From: Sarea resinae
Taxonomy: Eukaryota
DNA length: 64,000 nucleotides
Assembly (NCBI GenBank): GCA_026026165.1
Contig: JAPEUD010000024.1
Span: 124,001-188,000 of the forward strand
Direction of reading: 5' to 3'
Shown here: positions 62,145 through 64,000 of the stretch, piece by piece
Numbering within the stretch: position 1 is the first letter of the stretch
Layout of the letters: each line of letters starts with the position of its first letter
Made by a program: the position numbers and the translations under genes
Notes under the pieces: generated by a model
Told to the model about the DNA's origin: nothing
Seen by the model: only the letters and a program-made list of their open reading frames with translations
The model's database searches: none

Positions 62145-62470
62145 TTCCTTCTTTCCTTCTTTCCTTTTCCCTCGCCCTCCTTCATCGCCCTCCCGCCTCC
62201 TTTATGAAGTAGACGATAAGCCAGCAGTCACTAAAGTAGTACAGTATGCTCGGGGCGATAGATATCCGTGCTTGTTGATCGTGCTCGGGGCATTTCTTGC
62301 TTGAGTTGTCTCCTAGGTCCCTGTTGCTGCTCGGTCCTGTCATGTCCTGTTTTGTTGATTTGATTTGATTTGATTTCGAGATGGCTTCGTAGACATTGAT
62401 GGGATGCTTGGAGCTGAGGCTCGCTAGGCTGGGCGGGTGGGTGGATGGCTGGATGGCTGGGTGTGATTGC
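61500..62470. repeat. Microsatellite-rich spacer: (TTTC)n, (TAGG)n, (GGGGCT)n, (GA)n, (CT)n, (TTGAT)n
   Basis: Seen directly. Confidence 0.9.
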
Positions 62471-62647
62471 TTGATCAGAAAGGGAGATGATCCGGACGGC
62501 CTTGTGACAAAGCGGGCCATCGGACGAGGACTAAAGTGTTCAGCTTCAGGAGCGGTGGAATAATAGTCACGGTTGGATCCAGTGAGAAAGAAAGAAAAAG
62601 CCGAAGACGGGTGAATGATTGCGGAGAAGAATTGAGTGTTAGGCTGG

Positions 62648-64000
62648 CTAACATTCTGTGGCACGGTAGCTGGGATGCGCGGTCAAGGGGACGACCTGGG
62701 GGTTCATGTTGTAGATGGAATCGGGACACCCGGCAGAAATGCACCTTCCGCCCGCAGCCACGAGTTTGGTAGTGCCGTCTGCAGCTCGGAGGATCATGCT
62801 CTGCGGGCCAGGCTGGATTCCGATAAAGGCGCCGTAGTTTAGTCCCGGACTTAGAAAGATAGTGCCTATGGCCGTGCCATTGCTGATGCCTTGGAGCGTC
62901 AGCCCTTCTTGGTTCGCGACCACGGCCCAGTTGAGTTGATCCTTTGAGGTGTTGAAGAGGGCGGGCTTCTCGTCTGGGCAGGTCGCGTTTTGCAGGATGG
63001 TCTTGTACCACATGACACCTTCAGCGACGCCCGGAGTAGTCATGCCGCTTGCGAGCGAGCCGGTCTTGAAGGCGTGAATGAAAGACCGGATAAGGCCTCC
63101 CCAGCCATTGTGAGGTGCCGTGGCTTGAGTGGCGTAGAGTGCGGGCTGGCTATCGGTGTTCTGTTCCGGCCAGATATTACCGATGTAATGGCTCTCCGGT
63201 CCATCATTCTGTTTCCAATGGTTACTCTTAGGACATTCTAATAGGGAACGGCGTCGACGAACCCACGAGATCACCTCCACAAATTCTGGCTGTGGAGACA
63301 TGTGGAGAATCTTGGCCATCCTCCTCGGAAGATTCAGCTCTCCGCCCCGGTATACATTGGCACCGTACTAGATATCGTCAGTTGCCTTTTTATGCACAAA
63401 CGCTCCTGGCACTCACAGAATTCTTATATTGAAGGGCGCTCAAAGCTGCGAAGCCGTCAGTAGGAATGTAAAACGAGATTATAGATACTTACGCATCATG
63501 TATGTTTTATTGCGGCTTGCTGTCCCATTAATAACGGTCAGATCAGGACTTATATCGCCAGGATACAGTCCACCGAGCCCTGCCAGAGACGGCCAAGCGG
63601 ATTCCCAGCTGAAGAGGCCGTCGACAGTATTTCCCCAATAAGCCCACCAGCCCGGATCGGCCTGGTAATAGCCCTGGGTGCCGTCAAAATCGGGTACGAA
63701 ATAAATGTTCTTAGAGAGGCTTTGCTTGAAGTTGTCCCATTGATCGCTCGTGAGACCGCCGTCACTATACGTGCTGACAAGGGGGAAACCATTGGGGCCT
63801 TTGTACCACACATCATGGCCAAGATATCTTTCGAGAAGGGAGACATAGTCGTTGGGCCCCTTTCCAGAGGCAAGTGAAGCACTGACATCCATGCTGACAA
63901 AGAGTTTGAATCTTGGGTATCTGAAGCTCGTATAATTGAACAGGATGTCGAGCGTTTTCGAGACGAATGGTTGCGTAGGGTCTCCAATGTTTAAAGCAAA
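62648..64000 (-). CDS. GH71 alpha-1,3-glucanase (mutanase); 5' end outside the window, introns near 63490-63370
   Basis: FALNIGD, FKLFVSMD, PLVSTY, YFVPDF, DGLFSWESAWP, KTYMM, PEFVEVISW, GPESHYIG, PHNGW, YNMNPQV. Confidence 0.88.

Overview
Gene-dense 64 kb of a filamentous ascomycete (Pezizomycotina) nuclear chromosome, shown by short GT-AG introns with CTRAY branch sites, dispersed 5S rRNA genes and a HacA-type non-spliceosomal intron. About 22 protein genes are supported: an HCA59/C9orf78-like splicing factor, YAR1, GUA1, maleylacetate reductase, a secreted DPBB-like Ser/Thr-rich protein, ADE6, PEX7, RIB4, pantothenate kinase, RIB3, HAC1, MON1, DOP1, uricase, an APH-like kinase, an Hrt3/Pof7-like F-box protein, a WSS1-like WLM protease, an unknown F-box-like protein, a small mitochondrial membrane protein, VPS71, a pyridoxal reductase-like AKR, a large S/P-rich protein and a partial GH71 glucanase. 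There are also two 5S rRNA variants and a ~4.7 kb accessory patch with pseudogenes and a tRNA-like relic. Main leads: (1) purine/GTP and B-vitamin genes (GUA1, ADE6, RIB4, PanK, RIB3) lie within ~20 kb; (2) the HAC1 Ire1 intron is 32 nt, and its extra bases extend the 3' hairpin; (3) RIB4 intron 1 holds competing hairpins; (4) GC-rich gene 3' ends flank microsatellite-dense convergent spacers. All exon boundaries were read by eye, and no searches or folding programs were run.
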